The notes beneath the pieces are model-generated. The model was not told the origin of the DNA, ran no database searches, and worked only from the letters and a program-made list of their open reading frames with translations. The position numbers and the translations under genes are program-made. Positions 7,597 through 16,802 of a stretch of DNA of 64,000 bases are shown here, piece by piece. This DNA is from a virus. The stretch lies in IMG/VR virus record IMGVR_UViG_2847048067_000002. The stretch is one strand, 5' to 3'. Each line of letters begins with the position of its first letter. The first letter of the stretch is position 1.

Positions 7597-7935
7597 ATGA
7601 AAAAACGCAATGTCTATGGTGGTCGCTGGGCTAAAGTGCGATTAGCATTTCTCAATGAACATCCGCTTTGCGTCATGTGCCAAGAGCAAGGACGTATTAC
7701 TGCTGCCACAGTAGTTGACCACATTACTCCACATCGTCTTAAAGAAGCACTTGAATCAGGTGATAAAGAACGTATCGCAAAAGCTCAAGCCTTATTCTGG
7801 GACACAAAGAACTTTCAAAGCTTATGCGAACTGCATCATAACTCAACCAAACAACGTATCGAAAAGAGTGGCAAAGTCATTGGCTGTAATGCGGATGGCA
7901 TTCCGCTCGATCCGAACTCTCATTGGAATAAATAA
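7597..7935 (+). CDS. Terminase-associated HNH endonuclease (HK97 gp74-like)
   Basis: HPLCVMC...VVDHITPH...NFQSLCELHHN; upstream of cos/terS; ATG 7597 preferred because a terminator lies at 7536-7566. Confidence 0.9.
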   Translation: MKKRNVYGGRWAKVRLAFLNEHPLCVMCQEQGRITAATVVDHITPHRLKEALESGDKERIAKAQALFWDTKNFQSLCELHHNSTKQRIEKSGKVIGCNADGIPLDPNSHWNK

Positions 7936-7937
7936 CG

Positions 7938-8150
7938 TTGTGTAATCAAAAACAAGTGAAGTTATCCAAGCTATTTCGTGGCGGTCGCTTCGTTGGTCAT
8001 GCATTAAGTGTTGATGGTGAGTTGTTAAGTAATCAAAAGTTAGTTGTTCTTCCATCCGCTGATGGATTATGTAAACAAGTTGATATCACAGTCACACTGA
8101 CATGCACTAATGACATGATCATGAATGCACCCGATATCCATTTGAAATAA
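7938..8150 (+). CDS. Hypothetical phage protein
   Basis: 70-aa ORF directly after HNH; partial paralogous remnant at 7094-7171. Confidence 0.5.
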   Translation: MCNQKQVKLSKLFRGGRFVGHALSVDGELLSNQKLVVLPSADGLCKQVDITVTLTCTNDMIMNAPDIHLK

Positions 8151-8170
8151 TTCTAAATTGAAATAACAAC

Positions 8171-8262
8171 GGGTGGGGCGGGAGAAAAGTTCAAACACTT
8201 TCGCCCTGATTACCTAGCGCCCTCATTTGTGCGCACAACCGCGAAATGAAAAGTTTTTTTCT
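8171..8262. other. Probable cos/packaging region of prophage 1 (3'-overhang type)
   Basis: GC-rich GGGTGGGGCGGG...CCTAGCGCCCTC...CGCGAAATGAAAAG between HNH and a P27-type terS, the usual layout of HK97-like phages. Confidence 0.6.
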
Positions 8263-8273
8263 GGGAGGTTCCG

Positions 8274-8741
8274 ATGGCAGGAAGACGCCCGAAACCGACC
8301 CACTTGAAGGTGGTCACCGGTAATCCGGGAAAACGAAAACTCAACGATAAAGAACCCCAACCTAAACGTGAAATTCCAAGCCCGCCCGAACATTTAACGG
8401 ATTGGGGGAAAATGGCGTGGGCAAAATTAACCTTATTACTCGATGGAATGGGTGTTTTAACCGTGGCTGACACGCTGGCATTAGAACGGCTGTGTGATAT
8501 CTACGCCGATATTCTTCAATTGCGAGACACCATTGCCATTGAGGGGCGGACATACACCACAAAAACGCAATCAGGGGATTTTTTAATTAAAGCGAATCCT
8601 GCTGTTGCCATGTTGGCCGATGCAGATCGCCGTTTTAAAAGTTATTTAGTCGAGTTTGGTTTAACCCCTGCCGCTCGCTCGAAGGTGAATATGGATGGTG
8701 GAGAAGAAGAGGAAGATCCGCTCAACCAATATTTCGGTTGA
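8274..8741 (+). CDS. Terminase small subunit, P27 family
   Basis: MAGRRPKPT..GNPGKR; C-terminal NPA...EFGLTPAARSK. Confidence 0.93.
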   Translation: MAGRRPKPTHLKVVTGNPGKRKLNDKEPQPKREIPSPPEHLTDWGKMAWAKLTLLLDGMGVLTVADTLALERLCDIYADILQLRDTIAIEGRTYTTKTQSGDFLIKANPAVAMLADADRRFKSYLVEFGLTPAARSKVNMDGGEEEEDPLNQYFG

Positions 8742-10428
8742 TCCCGCAACACAATACGCGCAAGACGTGCATCAAGGCAAAATCTTAGCGGGGCCTGATA
8801 TTCGTCATGCATGTGCACGTCATCTCAAAGATTTAAACGAAGCCGAGCAACGAGGATTAGTCTGGGATGTCGAGGCTGTCAAAAGGGTGATCGATTTTTT
8901 CTCGAAAGTCTTAAAGCTCAATGGCGGGGAACATGAAGGCAAACCGTTTATTTTATTGCCTTGGCAATGCTTTGTGATTGGCTCCATTTTTGGCTGGAAA
9001 ATGACTGATGGTACACGGCGATTTCGCATTGTGTACGTTGAATCAGGTAAAGGTTCAGGAAAATCACCGATGGCGGGTGGCGTTGGGTTGTATTGTTTAG
9101 TCGCCGACAGTGAACCGCGTGCTGAAGTGTATGCGGCAGCCACGAAAAAAGACCAAGCCATGGTTTTGTTTCGTGATGCGGTGGCAATGGTTGATCAATC
9201 TCCCGCATTAAGTCAGCGGATCACCAAATCAGGCGGAACAGGCAAAGAGTGGAACTTGGCTTATTTGAAAACGAGTTCATTCTTTCGCCCGATTAGTTCG
9301 GATGATGGGCAATCAGGGCCTCGTCCCCATTGTGCGTTGATTGATGAAATTCATGAGCACAAAAATAATACCGCCGTCGAGATGATGCGAGCGGGTACAA
9401 AAGGTCGGCGGCAAGCCTTGATATTTATGATCACCAACAGTGGCCATGATAAAACCAGTGTGTGTTATGACTATCATGAATACGGACGAAAAGTCGCCGA
9501 AGGAACTATCGAAGACGACAGTTTCTTTTCCTATATTTGCTCACTGGATGAAGGCGATGATCCCTTTAAGGATGAGTCTTGCTGGGGGAAAGCCAATCCA
9601 TCACTGGGCTACACCTTTTCTGATCGCTATTTGCGCGAGCAAGTGACACAAGCTCGAGGTATGCCCGCGAAAGAAAGCATTGTGCGTCGGCTTAATTTTT
9701 GTCAGTGGGTGGATGCCGATAATCCGTGGATTAACAGTGAAACATGGATGCAGTGTGAAAACACGTTCACATTCGATGACCTTCAAGGTGAAGAGTGTTA
9801 TGGCGGACTGGACTTATCGGGAACCAAAGATTTAACCGCATTAGCCTTGTATTTTCCTAGTCTCAAACGTCTTTATGTCGAATTTTGGACACCCAAAGAC
9901 ACTTTATTGGATAGAGCGAAAACCGACCGAGTGCCTTACGACTTATGGGTAAGGCAAGGTTTTATGCATACCACGCCAGGGAATGCGGTGAGATATGAAT
10001 TTGTGGCAGAACGCATTGCTGAAATGGCGATGCACGTCAGCATGAGAGCCATTGCCTTTGACCCTTATCGCATTAAATACCTTGAACCCAAACTCGATGA
10101 CGCGGGTGTGACGGTTCCTTTAACTCCGCATGGACAAGGATATTACAAAGCCAAAGATTCAGGGCTGTGGATGCCACACTCTATCGAACTGTTTGAACAG
10201 CTCATTGATGACAAGAAGATTGAGATCCACACCAATCCTTGTTTGAGATGGAATGCTGCATCCGCTGTGCTTGAGGCTGACCAAAAAGATAACCGCGTCT
10301 TTGCCAAGAAAAAAAGCACCGGTCGAATCGATGGTGTGGTGGCCTCTGCAATGGCGATTGGTGCTGCGGAAGGTGAGGTTGATAATGGCAACCTTGATGA
10401 TTTTTTCTCTAACCCATTGAGTATGTGA
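8695..10428 (+). CDS. Terminase large subunit
   Basis: Walker A GKGSGKS, Walker B LIDEIH, nuclease GLDLS and RIDG motifs. Confidence 0.95.
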   Translation: MVEKKRKIRSTNISVDPATQYAQDVHQGKILAGPDIRHACARHLKDLNEAEQRGLVWDVEAVKRVIDFFSKVLKLNGGEHEGKPFILLPWQCFVIGSIFGWKMTDGTRRFRIVYVESGKGSGKSPMAGGVGLYCLVADSEPRAEVYAAATKKDQAMVLFRDAVAMVDQSPALSQRITKSGGTGKEWNLAYLKTSSFFRPISSDDGQSGPRPHCALIDEIHEHKNNTAVEMMRAGTKGRRQALIFMITNSGHDKTSVCYDYHEYGRKVAEGTIEDDSFFSYICSLDEGDDPFKDESCWGKANPSLGYTFSDRYLREQVTQARGMPAKESIVRRLNFCQWVDADNPWINSETWMQCENTFTFDDLQGEECYGGLDLSGTKDLTALALYFPSLKRLYVEFWTPKDTLLDRAKTDRVPYDLWVRQGFMHTTPGNAVRYEFVAERIAEMAMHVSMRAIAFDPYRIKYLEPKLDDAGVTVPLTPHGQGYYKAKDSGLWMPHSIELFEQLIDDKKIEIHTNPCLRWNAASAVLEADQKDNRVFAKKKSTGRIDGVVASAMAIGAAEGEVDNGNLDDFFSNPLSM

Positions 10429-11696
10429 TGACAGATAAACAATATTCAATCGATTTGCGCACTAATCATGGTTGGTTTGCGCGTCTGGCTTCCTTCTTCG
10501 TTGGGGGAAGACTCGTGACACCTGAACAAGGTTCACAATCAGGCGTTATCTCAGCGCAAGGCTCACTTGGTGATTCTTCTGTAAATGATGAGCGAATACT
10601 CCAAATATCAACGGTTTGGCGTTGTGTTAGCTTAATTTCGACGTTAACGGCTTGTTTGCCACTGGATGTGTTCGAAACGGATAAACAGGGAAATAGAACC
10701 AAAGTCGATTTAAGTCACCCATTGGCTCGATTACTGCGATATTCGCCCAATCAATATATGACGGCTCAAGAATTCCGAGAGGCAATGACTATGCAGCTTT
10801 GCTTTTATGGTAATGCTTTCGCGTTGATTGAGCGAAATAAAGTCGGTGATGTGATCAGCTTGCTTCCTCTGTTGTCTGCCAATATGGATGTGCGCATGGA
10901 GGGGAAGAATATTATCTATAAATATCAGCGTGATCATGAATTTGCGAAATTTAAACAACATGAAATTTTTCATTTAAAAGGGTTTGGTTTTAATGGGTTA
11001 GTTGGATTGTCGCCTATTGCTTATGCATGTAAGACAGCAAGCACGGCCGTTGCGATGGAAGATCAACAACGTGAGTTTTATGCCAATGGGGCTAAGTCTC
11101 CTAAAATTCTAACAACGGGTGATAAGGTATTAAATAAAGAGCAACGTAGCCAACTTGAAGAGAATTTCAAAGAAATTGCGGGTGGCCCCGTTAAAAAACG
11201 ATTGTGGATCTTAGAAGGGGGATTTCAAGCACAAGATATTGGCGTTAGTCCTCAAGATGCAGAAACAATGTCTTCCCGAAAATTTCAAGTCAGTGAATTA
11301 GCGCGTTTCTTTGGTGTTCCACCGCACTTAGTCGGTGATGTTGAAAAATCAACAAGCTGGGGAACAGGTATTGAACAACAAAACTTAGGCTTTCTTCAAT
11401 ATACCTTACAACCCTATATCTCCCGATGGGAAAATTGCATTGCGCGTTGGCTTCTAAAACCACCCGAAGTGGGAAAATACCATGCTGAACATAACCTTGA
11501 TGGATTATTGCGTGGCGATTCCACTTCACGCGCCGCGTTTATGAAAGCGATGGGAGAATCGGGGCTAAGAACCATTAATGAAATGCGGCGGCTCGATAAT
11601 TATCCTCCTCTTGAAGGTGGAGATGTCGCTTACCGGCAAGCACAATATTTACCGATTAACCAACTCAATAAGGAGCCTCACGAAAGTGGGGCTTAA
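10425..11696 (+). CDS. Portal protein, HK97 family
   Basis: GLSPI, ELARFFGVPPHLVG, TINEMR motifs; position after terL. Confidence 0.95.
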   Translation: MMTDKQYSIDLRTNHGWFARLASFFVGGRLVTPEQGSQSGVISAQGSLGDSSVNDERILQISTVWRCVSLISTLTACLPLDVFETDKQGNRTKVDLSHPLARLLRYSPNQYMTAQEFREAMTMQLCFYGNAFALIERNKVGDVISLLPLLSANMDVRMEGKNIIYKYQRDHEFAKFKQHEIFHLKGFGFNGLVGLSPIAYACKTASTAVAMEDQQREFYANGAKSPKILTTGDKVLNKEQRSQLEENFKEIAGGPVKKRLWILEGGFQAQDIGVSPQDAETMSSRKFQVSELARFFGVPPHLVGDVEKSTSWGTGIEQQNLGFLQYTLQPYISRWENCIARWLLKPPEVGKYHAEHNLDGLLRGDSTSRAAFMKAMGESGLRTINEMRRLDNYPPLEGGDVAYRQAQYLPINQLNKEPHESGA

Positions 11697-11713
11697 TTAT
11701 TTATGGGGGTTCA

Positions 11714-12382
11714 ATGCCTGATATTAGAAAAACACTGAATTTTGATGAAGCGGAAATCAAATTTACGGGAGATGGCACACAAGGCGTTTTCGAAGGTTAT
11801 GCCTCCGTATTTAGTCATCAAGATCTCGATGGTGACATTATTTTACCCGGTGCATTTAAGCATGTTTTAGATAAGCAAAAACAAAAAGTCGCTATGTTTT
11901 ATAACCATCGAGTCTGGGAGCTTCCTGTGGGGAAGTGGGAGTACATGGAGGAAGATCAAAAAGGGTTACGTGTAAGAGGACAACTGACGCCCGGTCATAG
12001 TGCGGCTCAAGATCTAAAAGCGGCAATGAAGCATGGCACGGTTGACGGGCTTTCTATCGGATTCGGTTGTCTGCGTAATGATTTTGAGCGAACACCTTCA
12101 GGTCGTATTTTTAAAAACATCTCCCTGTTACGTGAAATCAGTATTTGTACATTTCCCGCTAATGACCAAGCACAGGTTTCATCACTCAAGAGCATCGATG
12201 GGTTATTAACGATCCGAGATATTGAGGATTGGCTGAGAGAGTCAGCCGGTTTATCAAAATCAGAAGCAGTCGGTTTTATTTCCCGCTTCAAATCCGCTAT
12301 TCGGAGTGAGTCCGATGACGCTCAACAATCCCTAGTCGCATCCATTGTTAACCAAATTAATGCATTTAATCTGAAAGGATAG
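11714..12382 (+). CDS. Prohead protease, HK97 family
   Basis: FEGYASVF, YNH, GLSIGF, EISICTFPAN. Confidence 0.95.
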   Translation: MPDIRKTLNFDEAEIKFTGDGTQGVFEGYASVFSHQDLDGDIILPGAFKHVLDKQKQKVAMFYNHRVWELPVGKWEYMEEDQKGLRVRGQLTPGHSAAQDLKAAMKHGTVDGLSIGFGCLRNDFERTPSGRIFKNISLLREISICTFPANDQAQVSSLKSIDGLLTIRDIEDWLRESAGLSKSEAVGFISRFKSAIRSESDDAQQSLVASIVNQINAFNLKG

Positions 12383-12385
12383 AAT

Positions 12386-13552
12386 ATGTCTGACTTAGCT
12401 ATTATCCAAGAAGCCATCGAAGGATCACAAAAAAAGGTGCAAGAGCTCTTCGATGCACAGAAGAAAGAAATTGAAGCTACTGGCGTAGTTTCAAAGCAAT
12501 TACAAACAGATTTAGCCTTAGTCCAAGAGGAATTAAAAAAAGCCGGTGAACGTCTGTTTGATTTAGAGCAGAAAGGGGCAACGAGTGCTGATGATCCTAA
12601 TGCGAAAAAAGATTTTTCTGAGCGAGCAGCAGAAGTGCTGACAAAATCATGGAATGGGAGTCAGGCTTCTTATGAAGTGAAAACTTTTAATAAATCATTA
12701 GGCAGTGATGCGAGTTCAGCCGGTGTTCTCATTCAGCCGATGCAAGTACCGGGTATTATTATGCCGGGGATGCGTCGTTTAGTTATCCGCGATTTATTAG
12801 CACAAGGCCGAATTTCCAGTAACTCACTGGAATATGTACGCGAAAAATTGTTTACCAATAGCGCGGCACCCGTGAAAGAAAAGGCACAAAAACCAGAATC
12901 TAATCTGACATTTGAAAAACAAACGGCAAATGTGATCACTATTGCTCATTGGATCCAAGCGTCTCGCCAAGTGATGGATGATGCTGTGCAGTTACAGTCT
13001 TACGTTAATAACCGCTTATTGTATGGCTTAGCATTAGTGGAAGAGGAGCAATTACTCAATGGTGACGGTACTGCGGATAATTTGACGGGAATTAACCATG
13101 TTGCCACTGCCTATGATACCACATTGAGTGCTACGGGCGACACGCATGCTGACCTGATTGCTCATGCCATTTATCAGGTGACAGAATCTGAATTTAGCGC
13201 CTCTGGTATTATTTTAAATCCTCGTGATTGGCATGCCATTGCGTTAATGAAAGACAAAGAAGGGCGTTATATTTTTGGTGGCCCACAAGCGTTTACTTCA
13301 AATGTAATGTGGGGATTACCTGTTGTTCCAACAAAAGCACAAAAACAAGGTGAGTTTACTGTTGGTGCATTTGATTTGGCGTCTCAAGTATGGGATCGAA
13401 TGAATGCAGTTATCGAAGTGAGTCGAGAAGATCGTGATAACTTTGTGAAAAATATGCTGACCATTTTGTGTGAAGAACGTTTAGCATTAGCCCATTATCG
13501 CCCTCAAGCCTTAATTAAAGGAACTTTCCCAACGTCTGGAAGAAGTGCTTAA
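12386..13552 (+). CDS. Major capsid protein, HK97 family
   Basis: Delta-domain coiled coil; PGMRRLVIRDLL; RDNFVKNMLTILCEERLAL. Confidence 0.96.
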   Translation: MSDLAIIQEAIEGSQKKVQELFDAQKKEIEATGVVSKQLQTDLALVQEELKKAGERLFDLEQKGATSADDPNAKKDFSERAAEVLTKSWNGSQASYEVKTFNKSLGSDASSAGVLIQPMQVPGIIMPGMRRLVIRDLLAQGRISSNSLEYVREKLFTNSAAPVKEKAQKPESNLTFEKQTANVITIAHWIQASRQVMDDAVQLQSYVNNRLLYGLALVEEEQLLNGDGTADNLTGINHVATAYDTTLSATGDTHADLIAHAIYQVTESEFSASGIILNPRDWHAIALMKDKEGRYIFGGPQAFTSNVMWGLPVVPTKAQKQGEFTVGAFDLASQVWDRMNAVIEVSREDRDNFVKNMLTILCEERLALAHYRPQALIKGTFPTSGRSA

Positions 13553-13590
13553 GTAATAGGTCGGGGTAGGTAACTATCCCGTATTACATC

Positions 13591-13890
13591 ATGAATATCT
13601 TAGATGTCATTCCTCTTTCTTTATTAAAACAGCATCTCGAATACAGCGGTGATGATCGTGATGAGCAGATTATATTTTATGCACAAAGCGCATTAAATTA
13701 TTGTTTGAGATGGTGTGATGAACCGGCTTGGAAATCACCTGATGATATCCCTTATGAAGTGAAATCTGCCATGCTTTTGGTGCTGGGGGATATGTTTGAA
13801 CATCGAACCAGCCAAAGTGAAATTCTGTTATATGAAAATAAAGCAGTAGAACGATTGTTACTGCTTTGTCGAAATTGGCGAGGTAGTTAA
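13591..13890 (+). CDS. Head-tail connector (HK97 gp6-like)
   Basis: LKQHL...VKSAMLLVLGDMFEHR. Confidence 0.88.
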   Translation: MNILDVIPLSLLKQHLEYSGDDRDEQIIFYAQSALNYCLRWCDEPAWKSPDDIPYEVKSAMLLVLGDMFEHRTSQSEILLYENKAVERLLLLCRNWRGS

Positions 13891-14219
13891 TGGATCCGGG
13901 ACGATTACGCCATTCTATTAATATTCAAAAACCAGTATTAGCGCCTGATGCCATCAGTGGCAATGATGTGATTTGGACGGATCATGCGACAAAAGTACGT
14001 GCAGCGATCATGCCTTATCAAGGGCGGGAATATTTTCAAGCCCAGCAAGTACAAAGTGAGGCCACAACACGAATTCTTATTCGCTATATCGCTGATATTG
14101 ATACTTCGATGCGTATTGTATGGGGTAAGCGAATATTTAATATTATTTCGATTATTGACCCTTATGAGCGTCATCGTGAGCTTCAATTAATGTGCAAAGA
14201 GGGCGTGAATGATGGGTGA
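13890..14219 (+). CDS. Head closure/head-tail adaptor
   Basis: MDPGRLRHSINIQ...GREYFQAQQ...RILIRY. Confidence 0.88.
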   Translation: MDPGRLRHSINIQKPVLAPDAISGNDVIWTDHATKVRAAIMPYQGREYFQAQQVQSEATTRILIRYIADIDTSMRIVWGKRIFNIISIIDPYERHRELQLMCKEGVNDG

Positions 14220-14682
14220 GATTAAAATCAGTGGATTGTCTGAACTCGCTCAACGAATGCAAGACATTGCCCGTAAAACCAGAAATCAAAGCGCGCGTAA
14301 GGCGATGAATGCAGGTGCTTCGGCGTTAAAAGAAGAAATCAAACATCGAGTGCCTATCCTTAAGGAAACGGTGCCTCATCGACGCAAAGGCACTATCAAG
14401 CGCAATATTCGTTCTAAAACGAAAGTACAACGCAATGGGCAAGTCAAAACGCGCATTTGGGTGAAATCATTATCGGGTAAAAAGGTGTCTGCCTTTAAAC
14501 AAGCAACGGGGAAAAGTGCAGCATTGAACCCAAATGATCCGTTTTATTGGTGGTTTGTTGAGTTTGGTACTGCCAAGATGCCCGCACAACCGTTTATGCG
14601 CCCCAGCTTTGAGGCGAAAAAGGAAGCGACGGCTAAAGTGATTGTTCAAACACTTAAAGAGGATATTGAAAAAGCAAGGTAG
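14209..14682 (+). CDS. HK97 gp10-family morphogenesis protein
   Basis: FYWWFVEFGTAKMPAQPFMRPSF. Confidence 0.9.
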   Translation: MMGEIKISGLSELAQRMQDIARKTRNQSARKAMNAGASALKEEIKHRVPILKETVPHRRKGTIKRNIRSKTKVQRNGQVKTRIWVKSLSGKKVSAFKQATGKSAALNPNDPFYWWFVEFGTAKMPAQPFMRPSFEAKKEATAKVIVQTLKEDIEKAR

Positions 14683-14687
14683 AGATC

Positions 14688-15029
14688 ATGATACAGCAAT
14701 TAAAAGAGACCCTTTCACCGCTGGTTGATGGAAGGGTTTTTTTTCAGGTATTACCTGAAGGCAAAGGGCATTATCCCGCCATTGTGATCCAGTTTGCCAG
14801 CATCACGCCTAACAGTGCGCTGGAGGATACGGATTTAGACAACTATCGTGTGCAACTTGATGTGTATGCGCCACAGCCACAACCCCTTATGGTCTTGCGT
14901 AAAAAAATTGAGGCTCAGATTGTTGAAGCGATCCCATTCGCACAACGGGTGAATGCGGTCTTTGGGTATGAAGCGGATGTCAAATTGCATCGGCTTGTTC
15001 TTGAATTAATGATTTCATCAGATAAATAA
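14688..15029 (+). CDS. Tail terminator-like protein (DUF3168-like)
   Basis: RVQLDVYA motif; position before tail tube. Confidence 0.75.
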   Translation: MIQQLKETLSPLVDGRVFFQVLPEGKGHYPAIVIQFASITPNSALEDTDLDNYRVQLDVYAPQPQPLMVLRKKIEAQIVEAIPFAQRVNAVFGYEADVKLHRLVLELMISSDK

Positions 15030-15032
15030 GGA

Positions 15033-15704
15033 ATGGATATGACAAAGCCAAAGAACCATAAAGCGACGCCTTTCCTCGGCACGAAGATCTTTGTGCAAAC
15101 AGGCTTAGGAGAGGCGATGACCGTGACCGAAGCGACGTTATCACCCGCAACCATTACTATCGCCAATAATAAGCTGAAAGCCGATGACATGATTATGTTA
15201 TCGGGACTCGGGGAGTTAGATGGACGTTTTCCTGTTGCACAGGTTGATGGCAACAAAGTGACCCTGTGCGACGAAGTGGATTGGAGTGATAAAACGCTAC
15301 CCACTGATTTTTCAAGTGCTAAGGCACAACGTATTCAATGGTCTAATAACTTTTGTGCGGTAAAAAGTTTCAGCAAAGACGGTTCGACAACCGAACAAAT
15401 CGATGTCACCACCATTTGCAGTGATGGCAAGGAATATGAATCCGGCGATACGGAATACGGCTCAATTAAATTGACCTTTTTCTTACGTTATAGCTCCAGT
15501 GAGGTGCAGCGACTCTTGCGTAAATATGAAAACAGCAAAGAAAAATTTGCGGTGAAAATGGTCTTAACACGAGATGAGGGCTCCATGTTTTATTACGGCT
15601 CCGTCGAAACGGGCATGAATATTGATGGCAGTGTAGGACAAATGATGGATTCGGGGATCTCGATTAAATTGTCTGGCCGTGATTATTTGAATGCGAAGAA
15701 ATAA
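15033..15704 (+). CDS. Tail tube (major tail) protein
   Basis: EQIDVTTICSDGKEYESGDTEYG; synteny. Confidence 0.82.
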   Translation: MDMTKPKNHKATPFLGTKIFVQTGLGEAMTVTEATLSPATITIANNKLKADDMIMLSGLGELDGRFPVAQVDGNKVTLCDEVDWSDKTLPTDFSSAKAQRIQWSNNFCAVKSFSKDGSTTEQIDVTTICSDGKEYESGDTEYGSIKLTFFLRYSSSEVQRLLRKYENSKEKFAVKMVLTRDEGSMFYYGSVETGMNIDGSVGQMMDSGISIKLSGRDYLNAKK

Positions 15705-15762
15705 CCCCTAATTCACCTCTTTCATTATTTCTCTTCTCCCTTCTCGATAAAAAATCTTAGGA

Positions 15763-16185
15763 GTGATTATGTCTAACGCTTTATTGCGTGAATTAGTGTT
15801 AAACCAAGCACTGAAAGTGACGCCTTTTACCTATTTAGACAACACCTTTTATGTCAAAGAGTTGGATGTTGGCACCATGAATTACATTCAGCGCAAACTT
15901 CGTCAAATTAAAATCAAGCTCGCCGAAGAGCAGGACATTTATTTAGACGAAGACGATCCCGAACAATTTAATGAAGCGATAAATCGTGTCTACGATGAAT
16001 ATGATGTCGCCAGAATGTTGGCCTTTAAGTTGTGTGATGAAAAAGGGGAACTGCTTTTTGATGCTGAAAATGAAGAAGACTTAAAAGGTCTTAATCGTCT
16101 AGGGCAAGGGTTCTCTAATGCGGTGTTTACGGCCGAAGCGGGGAATAGCGAAAAAAACTTGGAGAACGGCGACAATTTCAATTGA
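15763..16185 (+). CDS. Tail assembly chaperone (G-like)
   Basis: Between tail tube and tape measure; slippery A AAA AAC near the 3' end. Confidence 0.82.
   Translation: MIMSNALLRELVLNQALKVTPFTYLDNTFYVKELDVGTMNYIQRKLRQIKIKLAEEQDIYLDEDDPEQFNEAINRVYDEYDVARMLAFKLCDEKGELLFDAENEEDLKGLNRLGQGFSNAVFTAEAGNSEKNLENGDNFN
16152..16158 (+). other. -1 programmed frameshift heptamer
   Basis: A AAA AAC in frame; the -1 frame is open into the 16182-16460 ORF. Confidence 0.8.
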
Positions 16186-16460
16186 TATTGTCGCTGGCAT
16201 TGGGAAAAACCCTCGCGGAAATCGAGCAAATGCCCGAAAGCCACTTGTGTGAATATGAAGCTTTTTATCGCAAACAACCCTTTGGTTTATGGCGAGAGGA
16301 TTATCGGATGGCACAAGTGGCGCATCTTCTTGCGATGATAAATCGTGATCCGAAAACGTCTCCGCCTGAATTGATGGATTTTATGCCGATGTGGAAGAAG
16401 AAAATCACGGAAGAAGAGGTGTGGGATAACGTCACTGAGAGTGTATTAGCTAATCGATAG
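16182..16460 (+). CDS. Tail chaperone frameshift extension (T-like)
   Basis: LALGKTLAEIEQM...PFG; reached by -1 frameshift, so TTG is probably not a real start. Confidence 0.8.
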   Translation: MILSLALGKTLAEIEQMPESHLCEYEAFYRKQPFGLWREDYRMAQVAHLLAMINRDPKTSPPELMDFMPMWKKKITEEEVWDNVTESVLANR

Positions 16461-16484
16461 CCCCACATCCGTGGGGCTTAATCG

Positions 16485-16676
16485 TTAACCACCGCGAGAC
16501 ATTTTCTCAATTTTTTTATCCGTATTGTATTGAGAAAGGGCATAAACCGACCAGATAGCCGCTGGGATCCAGCCAATTAAGGTGATTTGTAGGATAAGGC
16601 AGAAGATGCCAGCAAATGGGCGACCAATCGTGAAAAATTGTAACCAAGGTAGTAATAACGCCAGAATAAGTCTCAT
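16485..16676 (-). CDS. YqaE/Pmp3-family small membrane protein (moron)
   Basis: LILALLLPW...ITLIGWIPAAIWSVY pattern; own GAGGGGG RBS, TTGCTA-16-TAAACT promoter and hairpin at 16459-16478. Confidence 0.8.
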   Translation of the reverse strand: MRLILALLLPWLQFFTIGRPFAGIFCLILQITLIGWIPAAIWSVYALSQYNTDKKIEKMSRGG

Positions 16677-16802
16677 AAAACCCCCTCTATTATTCGAAAT
16701 TTCAGTTTATCAATAATTAAATCAATAGCAAATAACAAGGAATATTGCATTTATTCAGGGTGAAAGTTTGCTTTTGTAGTGTTCATACCAAGGATTGAAT
16801 TT

